A program made the position numbers and the translations under genes. The notes below the pieces were generated by a model, which worked only from the letters and a program-made list of their open reading frames with translations, was not told where the DNA came from and made no database searches. Below are positions 28,312-40,335 of a DNA stretch of 64,000 bases, piece after piece. Location of the stretch: NCBI RefSeq assembly GCF_036321535.1, contig NC_087436.1, positions 54,810,001 through 54,874,000 of the forward strand. The letters are read 5' to 3'. The DNA is from Camelus dromedarius. Lineage: Eukaryota. Numbering within the stretch: the stretch's first letter is position 1; each line of letters begins with the position of its first letter.

Positions 28312-28516
28312 AATAACATTTTGAGTTTCTGTGTGCCAGGTAGTTACCAGATTTAGCTCCTCTAATCCCAACAACAATCTACCCTGAAGGGTACCTATCA
28401 TCAATACCATTTTACAAACGAACACAGTGAGACTAGAGAAGCTGTGGCTTCCCCAGGGTCATAAGCCTGGATAGGGTGGGAGACAGATTTCAAACCCACA
28501 AATGACTGACTTTAAA
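28312..28516 (-). mobile_element. MIR SINE
   Basis: TGTGTGCCAGG...AATCCCAACAACAA...CCATTTTACAAACGAACACAGTGAGACTAGAGAAG...CAGGGTCA...GATTTCAAACCCA. Confidence 0.75.
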
Positions 28517-29094
28517 AAACTCTTCTGTTCCATGTTGATGAACATATTTTTGAAAAGACAAATTTATTGCATTTATCCTTCCCTCCCTTTCGGGTATTTA
28601 CATTGCCTGTTTGCTTTTCCAACTGTATACTCTTTCTTAATTTTAATAATTAAGTACTTATTTATTTTCCTTCAATATAAGTTTTCCCTTTGTCCTACTT
28701 TATTTTTTCCAATTCACTTCCTTTCTCTCTTTTTTTTCTCCCTTTGCACTATTTCTGCCCTTCTCCTTCTCATCTTTTTCCTTTACCAAAGCAGTTCTAG
28801 GAAGAAGGAACTGAGTGAGGAGTGAAGAAAGTACTACCTGGGACACTTAGGAAGTAATGCCAGAGATCAACCACCCAGATGGTACTTGTGTCCAGACCAA
28901 TGACCATTCATAGATGTGATCATTCATTCAACTCATATATTTCCTAAAATGTGTTCCTAGAATATGCCTTCTATTGTGCTGGTACAGGCCTAACACTAAG
29001 TAGCATAGTAATGGGCAAGATTTAAACATGAAGAAGGTAATGGCAAAAATGATCATACATATAATGAATAATGTATATCTCAAAGTTAAGGTGT

Positions 29095-29285
29095 TAAAAC
29101 CTAGGCTCCTGATCATTTCACAAAAATCTCTATTTACAATCTTCTCCATCTATGTTAAGGCAACTCCATCTTAGTTTTTTAGACCAGAAAAACTGGAGTG
29201 ATCCTTGATACGCAGAAAATCCTGTTAGTTATTTAAAATTAGTTCAGAATCTGACTACTTCAATTGCTACAAGTTTGGTATCAGT
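29095..29285 (+). mobile_element. L2 internal fragment
   Basis: GGCAACTCCATC...AGACCAGAAAAACTGGAGTGATCCTTGA...AAATCCTGTTAG...CAGAATCTGACTACTT. Confidence 0.55.
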
Positions 29286-29329
29286 CATCAAAAAGAATGA
29301 GATGGCTCGATTATTAATATTACAAAAAT

Positions 29330-29615
29330 ATCAATGATATGTTAAGTGGAATGATCAAATTGCAGTTAATTTTTATTTCATGCTATCACTTGTGTTCCAT
29401 AATTTCTCACTATATATAATGGTTATATATGCATTTTACTTATTAAGATAGTAAGTAAGAAAAAATATCTTTGGAAGATTGATGGAGAAACTGGTTGGGA
29501 TAATGAGCTGCTTGGGGGGAAAAGTGGGGGAAGAATTTTCTTTTCGTTGTATAACTTTTGGTGCTTTCTGAATTTTATATCAAGTGAATGTATTACCAAC
29601 TATTAAAATTGAAAT
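29330..29615 (+). mobile_element. Ancient L1ME-type 3'UTR fragment
   Basis: GATATGTTAAGTG...TTTGGTGCTTTCTGAATTTTATATCAAGTGAATGTATTACC. Confidence 0.5.
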
Positions 29616-31250
29616 TTTAGAAGACTATAATTATCTAAGAAAACATTTCATTTACTTTTCTCTCAGAGGTTACTTCACTATACGGTACTTTGGAAGTTAA
29701 ATATCTTAAGATATAGGTCCATTTTTCACAATAAAATAGGTGAAATTAATATTATGTGGTGTAGATAAAATTATTCTTTGATCATTTTATATCATCATCT
29801 TATGTAGAAAATGTAGTTAGAAAATGAAGAGAAATTACTTAGGCCATTATGAGGTCTCTTACCTAGTGAAATTTAGATGAAATTAAGAAAAGGGAATGTA
29901 TAAAATAAAGAAAAAATTTTAAATCCCTAAATTTAATAATGGATCAAATGACCTTTCAGGGAAAATGACAGAAATCATCTCTCTGTCTGGAGATAACTAC
30001 AATAAAAAAGGACAAAGTACACAAAATATCCTTAAGGGAATAATCCTTCTATATCAGGGAAAATACATGACTTCAGAGAATGACTTCTTCCTTCCTCCTC
30101 AGTGATAAAATATTTTGATTATGAACAGTAACTAACTCTAAAACAACATGGAAGTTGGATGGAAAGAGCCATACCTAAAATGTTGAATAATTAAAGTGAA
30201 GGAAACAGGAAGCACACTCGGGACATAAAACATGCCACTCCAGCAGAGCTATTAACTATTGCATTAGAGCCCCTAAATCATATGCACTTTTTACCTGCAT
30301 TGACTTAGGTCAAACTGGATATTTCCACTAAAGGAGCCAGATGAGCTTAATGTTTCAGCTGGTTGATGCCAATGGCAAAGAGACCTTCAGATGCACTTCG
30401 AGAAAGATGTATGATCGAGCTTTTCTCCATTAGTGTAACAAGTCAAAATATCACTTAATTTATTTCTGAAAGTGTTTTTTTATTGTAACAGATATAGCTC
30501 ATCACTTAATTCCGTTCACTAAACATCATACACTAGCACTTTATTACAGCTTTAGGAAGAGAAAGGGGAGAAATTTCAGGGGTGACTTAATGACATTTCT
30601 GAAAACAGTATCATTGTTTCAGAATTCTTAAAATGTTAAGTGTAGGTTTGAATGTAGTACTGAAATTAAGGTTTTCTGTTGTTATTTTAACTGCATATTG
30701 TACAAATGAATGCTTATAAAATCCACAAATCGCATTTTGAAATTTCAAAGAAGAGATAGAAAGTATAATTGATGCTGCCATTGAACACCAAAGGGCGGTA
30801 AGGAAAATGGAGTAAAATACAAGTAAATATTAAATAATACTATTAAGTATTCTATCACTATCTGAGCTATATACAAATTAGGGCAATTCTCTCATGCCAG
30901 AGATTATCTGCTTGAGAAATTTCAAGTATTTATATGTTATAATTTCTAATCCCTGGATTTTTGGTTTCACACAGGAGAGAAAAACTTATTGTGAGTTCAT
31001 TTTTTCAATTGTCTTTTTAAATTTTAATGACATAGATATTATGGTGTATTTTTGGTCAGAAAGAAGAAGTTTGGGGACACAGGAGATAACTGACATACTT
31101 TGATTTGAAATGAGGAGATGGATCATTTATACTGTGAGTATAGAAGATAAAACGGGCATTTATATACAATATTACAGTAATGCATAAACATGGCAATTAT
31201 TAGGTAGCAAGGAAGCATTTTTGTAATGCAGTTTACTGTAGAAATAAGAG

Positions 31251-31463
31251 GGTCTGGAATTAGATTTATAAACTCATATCATTTTCTTACTTTGAAACTC
31301 GAGCAAGTCATTAAACATTTCTAAACCTCTATTTACTTATTAGGAAATGAGGAATAATGTTATAAATAATAATTCCTACATCATAGGCATATTATAGATA
31401 TTAAATTAAGTAATGGGCAATACTTGGCATAAAATTAATGCTCAATAAATTATAGCTATTATT
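31251..31463 (+). mobile_element. MIR SINE (degraded)
   Basis: GAGCAAGTCATTAAACATTTCTAAACCTC...AAATGAGGAATAAT...TGCTCAATAAATTATAGCTATTATT. Confidence 0.65.
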
Positions 31464-31834
31464 CTGTGCAAGTTTTGCTATGTTAAGCATTTCTTATAAA
31501 TGTAATTGTTAATGCATTTTGTTTCTTTTGACAGTTAGTATATAACTATCAGCTTTTAGCCTGGTAATGTATAAGTGTGGTATAGCCCTGCCTTCAAAAG
31601 ACTGAATAGTCATTAAGTTGCAAAAAGAAATAGATCTGGCTTTGACTTGACAGTGAGAAGCTCTTTTTTTTCCTACCATGGTTTTTGCAGGGTTTTGTAG
31701 TTCCATCTTATAGATGTACCCCACTAGCCACCTCAAGCCTGCTCCCTCAGGGCAGTGTCACACAATAGCTGGAGAAGGAGCTCTAGTGAAGAGTTCTGAC
31801 TGTGAATTACATACCTTTGACTTCCTATCTTTGA

Positions 31835-31992
31835 GGAATGACTTTTCTGAAGTTTAGTTTCATAACTATAAAATAAGGACAATAATAGCACCAAACTCAA
31901 AAGTTTTATTTGAGGATTAAATGAATTGATGCATGTGAAAACAGAAAGGGCCTATCATATAAAAATCTGTTTGTAAATGTTAGCTATCATTC
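31835..31992 (+). mobile_element. MIR SINE 3' half
   Basis: AGTTTCATAACTATAAAATAAGGACAATAATAG...TGAGGATTAAATGA...AAATGTTAGCTATCATT. Confidence 0.65.
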
Positions 31993-32381
31993 TTAGTGAC
32001 TGACAGTCAACTGATTTTTTCTCAATTATTGAAAAGTGAATCTGGGAATCTAAAGGAATCAATGTTCTTTCCTGAAACTCATGCTCAAATTCCTATTAAG
32101 TGACATTTGTATGATTTAGGAATGAATTTGATTCTTATTAATAAAATTAAGCACAAGTCATTTTAAAACTTATTAGTAATATTATCTAAACTTGACTATG
32201 GCTGCACACTACCTGATTTGGCTTAGAGTTTTACAAACTTGTTTTCCACCAATTGATTGACTTATTTTGCCCTCATCACTCTTCATTTGCAAAACAGATG
32301 GTGAACTGAATTACAATTTCTTTTTTTTAAAATAAGCTGAATACATAGACATACCCTTGCATACTTTATGTATAGCAAAAG

Positions 32382-32448
32382 TTGACTGTTAAGATATAAC
32401 AGTCAAGAAACAACAGCTAAGATATAAGATACAATATCTTATATCTTA
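32382..32448. repeat. Two adjacent perfect inverted repeats (10-bp arms/5-nt loop; 14-bp arms/3-nt loop)
   Basis: TTGACTGTTA-AGATA-TAACAGTCAA (32382-32406) and TAAGATATAAGATA-CAA-TATCTTATATCTTA (32418-32448). Confidence 0.9.
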
Positions 32449-32527
32449 AATACAAGATATTTAGTTTACTTATTTTTTTGAATTGGTAGAACCAAGTCAT
32501 TTTTAGCTATTTAAAATTGCATTACAT

Positions 32528-32581
32528 ATGACTAACTACTTTCTTAATTTCTTAATGACTAACTACTTTATTAATTTCTTA
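32528..32581. repeat. 27-bp tandem duplication (2 copies, 1 mismatch)
   Basis: ATGACTAACTACTTT(C/A)TTAATTTCTTA x2. Confidence 0.9.
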
Positions 32582-34678
32582 ATAATTATCCATTTAATCA
32601 CAGATTAATATATGGTACATTTTAAACTAATTTTGGTTACTTAATCATTATTTTTTTCTCTACACACCACTGTTTATATGATAATTGTAAAATATTGTCC
32701 TTACTTTGCTAGTATATAAATGGTCCTAAAATGCTAGAGAAATTAAAAAAGGTTTCCTCTCCATCTTGTATGAATATGTTAAGTATATATATTTAAAATC
32801 AAAGTAAAGTAAAACAATTAGTTTAAGAAAGGCAAACTGTTTATATGAAAAAAATAATGTTATATGAAAAATACATATAGTTTTAAAAAGACTAGAAAGC
32901 CCAAATGAAACAAACTGTTTCAATGTATTTAGTCCAAAGTTTTGATATAAATTCTTCTAAATGCATCAGACAAATTGTTAGATAAACAAAACTTATTTGA
33001 CATTATGGCTAAACAATTAGGACACTAGCTTCTTTTTTCTTGGGTAAGGCATAATTGACCATATAGTACTAGAAATAATGGTGATGGGCTCATTTGATTA
33101 TGCTTTCAAAATCTTAGCCCTGTATTTAAATATTATTTTTATTATTCTTCCTGCTCTTTGCTTCACTAAAATAAACCCCATTTGCAGAAGACAGAAATCT
33201 ATTTTAATAGAACAAATGAAACTAAGTTTGTAGATCTAGGCTTATGTTAACAGGACGTATGACTAACTGGGTATCATTTTGAACCAAATACAATATCAAC
33301 CTTTGGTTATTTCTGTATTGTAAAATTATTGGTGATTCTTTTTTTACTTTTTTTCTTTTATTGCTTAGTTTCATATTCTACAATGAATAAAATATCTATT
33401 TCTTGTACAACAGTAATTTTTCAAACCAAATGATATAAATATATGTTTGTGCTATACCTATCTATTTCAAGTTGTATGATGTATTCCAATTATGGGTTAA
33501 ACTGAGATTCCATATATGAGGGAGATTTTAATTAATCAATAGATTTAAATTCTATTTTCTGTGTATAGTAATGTCTTCAGTTCTCACCAGTATGTGATAA
33601 CTTTTTTAACAACTATTATTTAGGATGAATATTGGTAAATAATAATGGTACTAAAATAAGTTTTTTTGTTTTTAAGAAGGAAATGCTTTTTTTTCTGTTA
33701 CTGAATGTTTTCCTTTTCATAAAAATGTTAAAAATATTAAATCAAATCAAATTACTATTTTAATTATGGTTTGATAAAGTTATCCACTATAGACATAATC
33801 TTAAACAAGATTACCACACCCTAGCCATCTACCCATTTAAAATTTAAATCTAAAATGCATCCAATGACATCCAATTGTACATCACTTTACACATTAGGTG
33901 TGCCATTTGGGAATACTTAAGTATTTGAAAAATATAGGTTAATAGAACAGAGCTTCAAGCCTTGAGAGACTGGCTATGAGAAGCAGCTCCTGCATTCATA
34001 TTACTATTGCAAATTGTGTCTTACATTCAGATATACTTTTATCTATCTTGATATTTTTAAAGATTCCTTCCCTGCATCTGGAGGGTGCAGGATCCTGGAA
34101 GAAGACTTAGATGTAAAGGATCCTGAGGCCCAAAGGACTTGGAGTCTCCTAAGACCACAAAGGAATCAATTAAGTCAGTAATGAAAAGATCATATCTTGC
34201 TTTAATAGTTTCTGGTATATTCATACTTGAAAGGAGTCCTCACCAATGGGTCTAACTATGGTGCATTAAAGCTGACCCAGATTTTTAAAAAACCTGTAAT
34301 TTGCTGCGAACATCTTTTCTATTAGAGCCACTAGGAGCTAACTCTGGTTTAGTCTCAGAACTTCTATTTTGTTTCTACCTCAGCTGCTACCATACCTCTT
34401 CCATTACGCCTTAATGCATCTTTCCCCAAATTCTACCTCATTTTCATAATTGTAACTTAGCCTCAAGTAGGAGAATTTGATGATTCATCCATATGAGCAA
34501 TGTTCTGAGCCAGTGATCTTGCCTGGTTCCCTGTCATTGGGCATGTAAATCATACCCCTTGATAAGCCTCTTCCTCAATAAATTCCAGGCACTGGACTTA
34601 AATCCTAGCTCCTGGTACAGCTGTGGTTACAACTGGGTAAAAAGCAGATACCTTCATACAATAATAACAGTTCTACAT

Positions 34679-35170
34679 AGCCAACTAAAACATTAGCACT
34701 TGCCACCTGCCTCTACAAGGATAGTCATCAACCACTGCAGTCGCTGACCTTCAACAAACCCTCAAAGTAGTTCATGGTGGGGATCAGGAACGAGGCACTC
34801 TGTGCTCTGGGAAAAACTGGGAGAACAGGCCTTCAGATAGTTAGATATTTTCAGGAGAAGAGTTTACAAGCCCAATTTATTGCATCTTCCCATATCTAGA
34901 AAAGCACTAAAATCATTCATGGAGACATCTGTTCCTCATGACTAGCAATAACCTCCATGAGACAAGCAGTGAGCCTCTGCCAAAATGTGTGCTTGATTGC
35001 ATGTATGCCCTTCACTAAAATTACACATAACACTGACTTCCCTCACTACCCCTTCAGAGCAATTCTTCAGAGCTATCTGAGATGCTGTCTCTCAGGCTAT
35101 AGTCCTCATTTTGCTCTAAATAAAGCTTAATTCAAAAATCCCACAATGTGCATTTTTTTTCCAGTTGACA
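34679..35170 (+). mobile_element. ERV1-class solo LTR (cetartiodactyl family)
   Basis: Degenerate inverted termini (AGCCAAC ... GTTGACA), 4-bp TSD ACAT (34675-34678 / 35171-35174), AATAAA near the 3' end, and a GCTATAGTCCTCATTTTG motif as recalled for MER4/MER34-group LTRs. Confidence 0.8.
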
Positions 35171-35416
35171 ACATGTATTTTTAAAGCAAACACTCAATTT
35201 TGAAAAAAAATGTTTATTAGAATGATTATGAATTATATGTGATTATCACATTCTCCAACTCTATCAAATTGATGAAATAATATTCATATTTTATGGCAAG
35301 ACAAGAAAAATTTAACATAATATTTTTCTTTGCCCATTTGGGACTCCTCCCTCGCCTCTAGTGTGTATTGTGCATCTGCATTAACCAGACCTCCTTAGGA
35401 GATAATATTCTTTCTT

Positions 35417-37780
35417 TTCTTTTCTTTTAATTCTTATTTTTTATTGAAGTGTAGCCAATTTGCAATGTTAGTTTCAGGTGTACAACAAAGTGATTCAGTT
35501 ATACATATACATACACATATTTTTGTTCACATACTTTTCCATTACAGATCAATACAAGAATTTGAATATAGTTCCCTGTGCTACACAGTAGGTCCTTGTT
35601 TTTTTAATCTATTTTATATATAGTAATGTATATCTATTAATCCCAAACTCCTAATCTATCCATACTCCCTCCAATTCCCCCCCTTGTTACCACAGTTTGT
35701 TTTCTACGTCTGTGAGCCTATTTCTGGTTTGTAAATAAAATTTGTATCTTCTATCTCTCTTTTTTTGGGGGGGATTCCACATATAAACAACATCATATGA
35801 TATTTGTCTTTGTCTGATTTACTTCACTTAATATGATAATCTGTAGGTCCATCCATGTTGCTGCAAATGGCATTATTTCGTTCTTTTTTATGGCTGAGTA
35901 ATATTCTATGCATATATATACCACAGCTTCTTTATCCATTCATCTATTGATGGACATTTAGGTTGAGTCCATGTCTTGACTATTGTAAATACTGCTGCTA
36001 TGAACATTGGGTGCATGTGTCTTTTTGAATTACAGTTTTCTCCAAATATATGCCCAGGAGTGGAACTGCTGGATCATATGGTAAGTCTATTTCTAGTTTT
36101 TAAGGAACTTCCATACTGTCCTCCATAATGGCTGTACCAATTTACATTCCCACCAACAATGTAGGAGGGCTCCTTTTTCTCCACACCCTCTCCACCATTT
36201 ATTGTAGACTTTTTAATGGTGGCCATTCTGACTGGTGTGAGGTGATCTCTCATTGTGGTTTTGATTTTCATTTCTCTAATAATTAGTGATACTGAGCATC
36301 TTTTCACGTGCCTTTTGGCCATCTGGATGTCTTCTTTGGAGAAATGGCTATTTAGGTCTTCTGCCCATTTTTTCATTAGGTTGTTTGCCTATATATATAT
36401 AAAGCTGTATAAGCTGTTTGCATATTTTGGGAATTAATTCCTTGTCAGTCACATCATTTGCAAATATCTTCTCCCATCCTGTAGGTTGTATTTTCATTTT
36501 GTTGATGGTGTCTTTAGATGTGCAAAAGCTTTTAAGTTTAATTAGGTCCCATTTGCTTATTTTTGCTTCTATTTCCATTACTCTAGGAGCTGGTTTGAAA
36601 AAACATTGCTGCAATTTATGTCAAAGAGTGTTCTTCCTATGTTTTCCCCTAGGATTTTTATATTATCCAATCTTACATTTAGGTCTTTAATCCATTTTGA
36701 GTTCATTTTTGTATATGGCGTTAGAGAATATTCTAATTGCATTCTTTTACTTGCAGCTGTGCAGTTTTCCCAGCACCACTTGTTGAAGAAACTGTCTTTT
36801 CTCTATTGTGTATTCTTGCCTCCTTTGTCATAGATTAATTGAGCAGAAGTACATGGCTTTATTTTTGGACTTTCTATCCTGTGCTATTGATCTATGCATC
36901 TGTTTTTGTGCCAGTACCACAGTTTTGATTATTGTAGCTTTGTAGTACAGGCTGAAGTCAGGGAGCATGAATCCCAGACCCATTCTTCTTTCTCAAGATT
37001 ATTTTGGCTATTCAGGGTCTTTTTTGTCTCCATAAAAATTTAAAAAATTTTTCATTTCAGTTCTGTGCGAAATATCATTGGTAATTTGATAGAGATTACC
37101 CTGAATTTGTATATTACCCTGGGTAGTATGCCCATTTTAATAATATTGATTCTTCCAATCTAAGAACACTGTATATCTTTCCATCTGTTTCTGTTGTCTT
37201 CACTTTCTTTCATCAGTGTCTTACAGGTTTTGGAGTACAGGTCCTTTGCCTCCTTAGGTATGTTTATTCCTAGGTGTTTTATACTTTTAGATACAATAGT
37301 AAATGTGATATGTTGAATAAAAGTGGTGGAAGTGGGCATCCTTCTCTTGTTCCTGATCTTAGAGGAAATGCTTTCAGCTTTTCACCACTGTGTATGATGT
37401 TAACTGTGGGTTTGTTATATATGGCCTTTATTATGTTGAGTTATGTTCCCTCTGTGACCACTGTCTGGAGAGTTTTACCATGAATGGATGTTGAATTTTT
37501 TCAAAAGCTTTTTCTGCATCTATTGAAATGATCATATGGTTTTTATTCTTTAATTTGTTAATGTGGTATATCATATTGATTGATCTGTGGACATTGAAAA
37601 ATCCTTACATCCCTAGGATAAATCCCACTTGATCATGGTGTGTGATCCTTTTAATGCATTGTTGAAATTGATTTGCTAGTATTTTGTTGAGGATTTTTGT
37701 ATCGACATTCATAAGTGATATTAGCTTGTAATTTTTCTTTTCTTTCTTTTTCTTTCTCTTTCTTTCTTTCCTTCTCTTTC

Positions 37781-37862
<82 letters not shown>

Positions 37863-38950
37863 CCTTCTTTCCTTCCTTCCTTCCTTCTTTCTTTCTTTCC
37901 TTTTGCTGTCAGGGTGATGGTGGCCTCAGAGTGAATTTGGAAGTGTTCCTTCGTCTGCAGTTTTTTGGAATAGTTTTAGGAGGACAGGTGTTAACTTCTT
38001 CTCAAAATGTTTGGTAGAATTCACTTGTGAAGCCATCTGGTCCTGGACTTTTGTTTGTTGGGAGTTGTTTAATTACTGATTTGATTTCAGCACTGTAATT
38101 GGTCCATTCATGTTTTTATTTCTTCCTGATTCAGTCTTAGCAAATTGTACCTTTTTAGGAAATTGTCCATTTCTTCTACATTGTCCTTTTTGTTGGCATA
38201 TAGTTGCTCATAGTAGCCTCTTATGATCCCTTTTATTTCTGTGGTGTCAGTTTTAACTTCTCCTTTTTCATTTCTGATTTTATTAATTTGGGCCCTCTAC
38301 CCCCCCTTTTTTTTCTTGATAAGTCTGGTTTATCAATTTTGTTTATCTATTCAAAGAACCAGCTTTTGACTTCATTGATCTTTTCTATTTTCTTTAAAGT
38401 CTCCATTTCATTTATTTCTGCTCTAACCTTTATGATTTATCTCCTTCTACTAAGTTTGGGTTTTGTTTGTTTTTCTTTCCCTAATGCTTTAGATGTAAGG
38501 TTAGGTTATTTGAAGTGGTTCTCATTTCCTGAGATAAGCTTGTGCCACTATAAACTTCTCTCTTAGAACTGCTTTTACTGTGTCCTAGAGGTTTTGGATC
38601 ATCATGTTTTTATTTTCATTTGTCTCTAAGTAGTTTTTGATTTCCTCAGTGATCCACTGGTTGTTTAGTAGCATATTGTTAAACCTCCACGTGTTTGTGG
38701 ATTTTCTAGTTTTTTTTTCTTGTAGTTGATTTCTAATCTCATAGCATTTTGGTCAGAAAAGATGCTTGATATGATTTCAATTTTCTTAAATTTACTGAGG
38801 CTTGCTTTGTGAGCCAGCATGTAATTTATCCTGGAGAATGTTCCATGTGCACTTGAGAAGATTATGTATTCTGCTGCTTTCAGATAGAATGATCTATAAA
38901 TATCAATTTAGTCCATCTGGTCTAATGCATCATTAAAGGCCTGTATTTCT
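35417..38950 (-). mobile_element. 5'-truncated LINE-1 (older subfamily, ~3.5 kb) with an internal RT deletion and an embedded microsatellite
   Basis: Minus-strand ORF2 peptides ([32 protein letters not shown]), intact SIDAEKAF codons near 37503-37527, and a 3'UTR at ~35420-35780. TSD GATAA(T/C)ATTCT(T/G)TCTT at 35401-35416 and 38951-38966. Confidence 0.93.
37732..37904. repeat. (CTTT)n/(CCTT)n tetranucleotide microsatellite
   Basis: About 20 perfect CTTT units at 37781-37860 within a ~170-bp pyrimidine tract. Confidence 0.97.
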
Positions 38951-40127
38951 GATAACATTCTGTCTTACTCTTATAAAGGGTCACAACTCCTAAGGAGATA
39001 ACCATCCTTCTCAATCTTGTAAGGGGTCACTATGACCCATGACCCACCACTTGCTTTGTAAATGCAGATCTGGATTGTGTAAACTGTCATTTGACATATA
39101 ACGTTTTATCTCAACAACTTATATAATTATGCTTCAGTCTCTAATGGACATAACAGTCCTCTGAGCTTTCTGGAAGACTGTTTTTTCAGTTATAATCCTC
39201 AGGTTGGCTCAAATAAAATTTTCTATTTCTTTCTTTGATTGACTATTGATTAACGTTTTTCATCAATACAATTAAACTGTTACATTATTTTCTCAAATGT
39301 TTGTGCACTACCTTATAAACATGGGTCTAATAAACTTTCACAAAGTAAAGAAAATACTTCCTTCAGAACAGTAGAACCCTAACATATCTGCATTTAATTA
39401 GCCAGTGTATTTCCTAAATCCTATTATATCTAAGTGAGAATGTATTTTCATTAAGAATCCCTCTCTCTCTCTCTCTAATAGAAGAAACACTGGTATTTCA
39501 GAAAAATATACTTACCTTAAAGATTCTCAAGTTACCATTAGGTAGTTTTACATAGGTCAACACACATCTTACATTGCAACATAATAAACAAGGAAATAAT
39601 TTTCTTTCCTTTCCATTTTCACATAATTTACCTTGAGTGAGAGAGTTGTCTTCAGCACATCTGGTTGCAAGACAGAACAATGAGATGTTCATAACAAAAT
39701 AATGTTGCATAATGAAGCACTTCAGGCATATAAAAAGTGAATCTCCAAAGAGATTTAAGCTGTAATTTGTATTTTGTTCTGAAGATGAACACCTGAAATA
39801 GTCATTTTTCCCTATGGTAGCTATCTTTATAAAATTAACAGTGATTTAGATTTGAGGATTAATCCATATTATATTTGAGTGATATGGCAACTTCAAATAA
39901 GTAAAAATGCTTTTTTCTAGGTCAAAAACATGTTTTGTGAGGATATAAGATTGCTCTTACAAATGGAAGTCAAGTGTTAGAAAAGTGCTGTCCATTTCTT
40001 AGGATAAAAGGTTTCTCTTTGAACATGCGAATGCCTGTAAAAAAGTGAAACAGGATAAACAAAACTTGGTTGAGAAAATATTTTAATTTCATAAGTGAGT
40101 TATTAAATATTAACTGATTAATTAAAT

Positions 40128-40335
40128 ACATTCATCTCTCCGCATCCATGTGGGACTGGTTTTTGGACTCCTGCGGATAACAAAATATGCAGATGCTCAA
40201 GTCTTACATAAAATGCTCTAGTACAGTCAGCCCTTAGTTTTCCACTCTATTTCCTCAGTATCCACAAATTCAGGACCTGTGGATTATGTATCAAGAAATT
40301 CAAAGTTGAATCCATGGATGCAGATACAAACAGCC
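40128..40335. mobile_element. MER2-like TcMar-Tigger DNA transposon
   Basis: CATCCATGTGGGACTGGTTTTTGGACTCCTGCGGATAACAAAATATGCAGATGCTCAAGTC...GTTGAATCCATGGATGCAGA. Confidence 0.7.

Larger units (their letters stand above)
35268..39268 (+). mobile_element. MER34-like ERV1 solo LTR split by an L1 (parts ~35268-35416 and 38967-39268)
   Basis: 3' end GTTATAATCCTCAGGTTGGCTCAAATAAAATT...GACTATTGATT...TTTCATCAAT, with putative inverted termini ATTGATGAAA/TTTCATCAAT. Boundaries are approximate. Confidence 0.6.

Noticed and set aside
37715..38017. 100-aa F/L/S-rich ORF resembling a membrane protein
   Set aside because: It is a translation of the (CTTT)n microsatellite.
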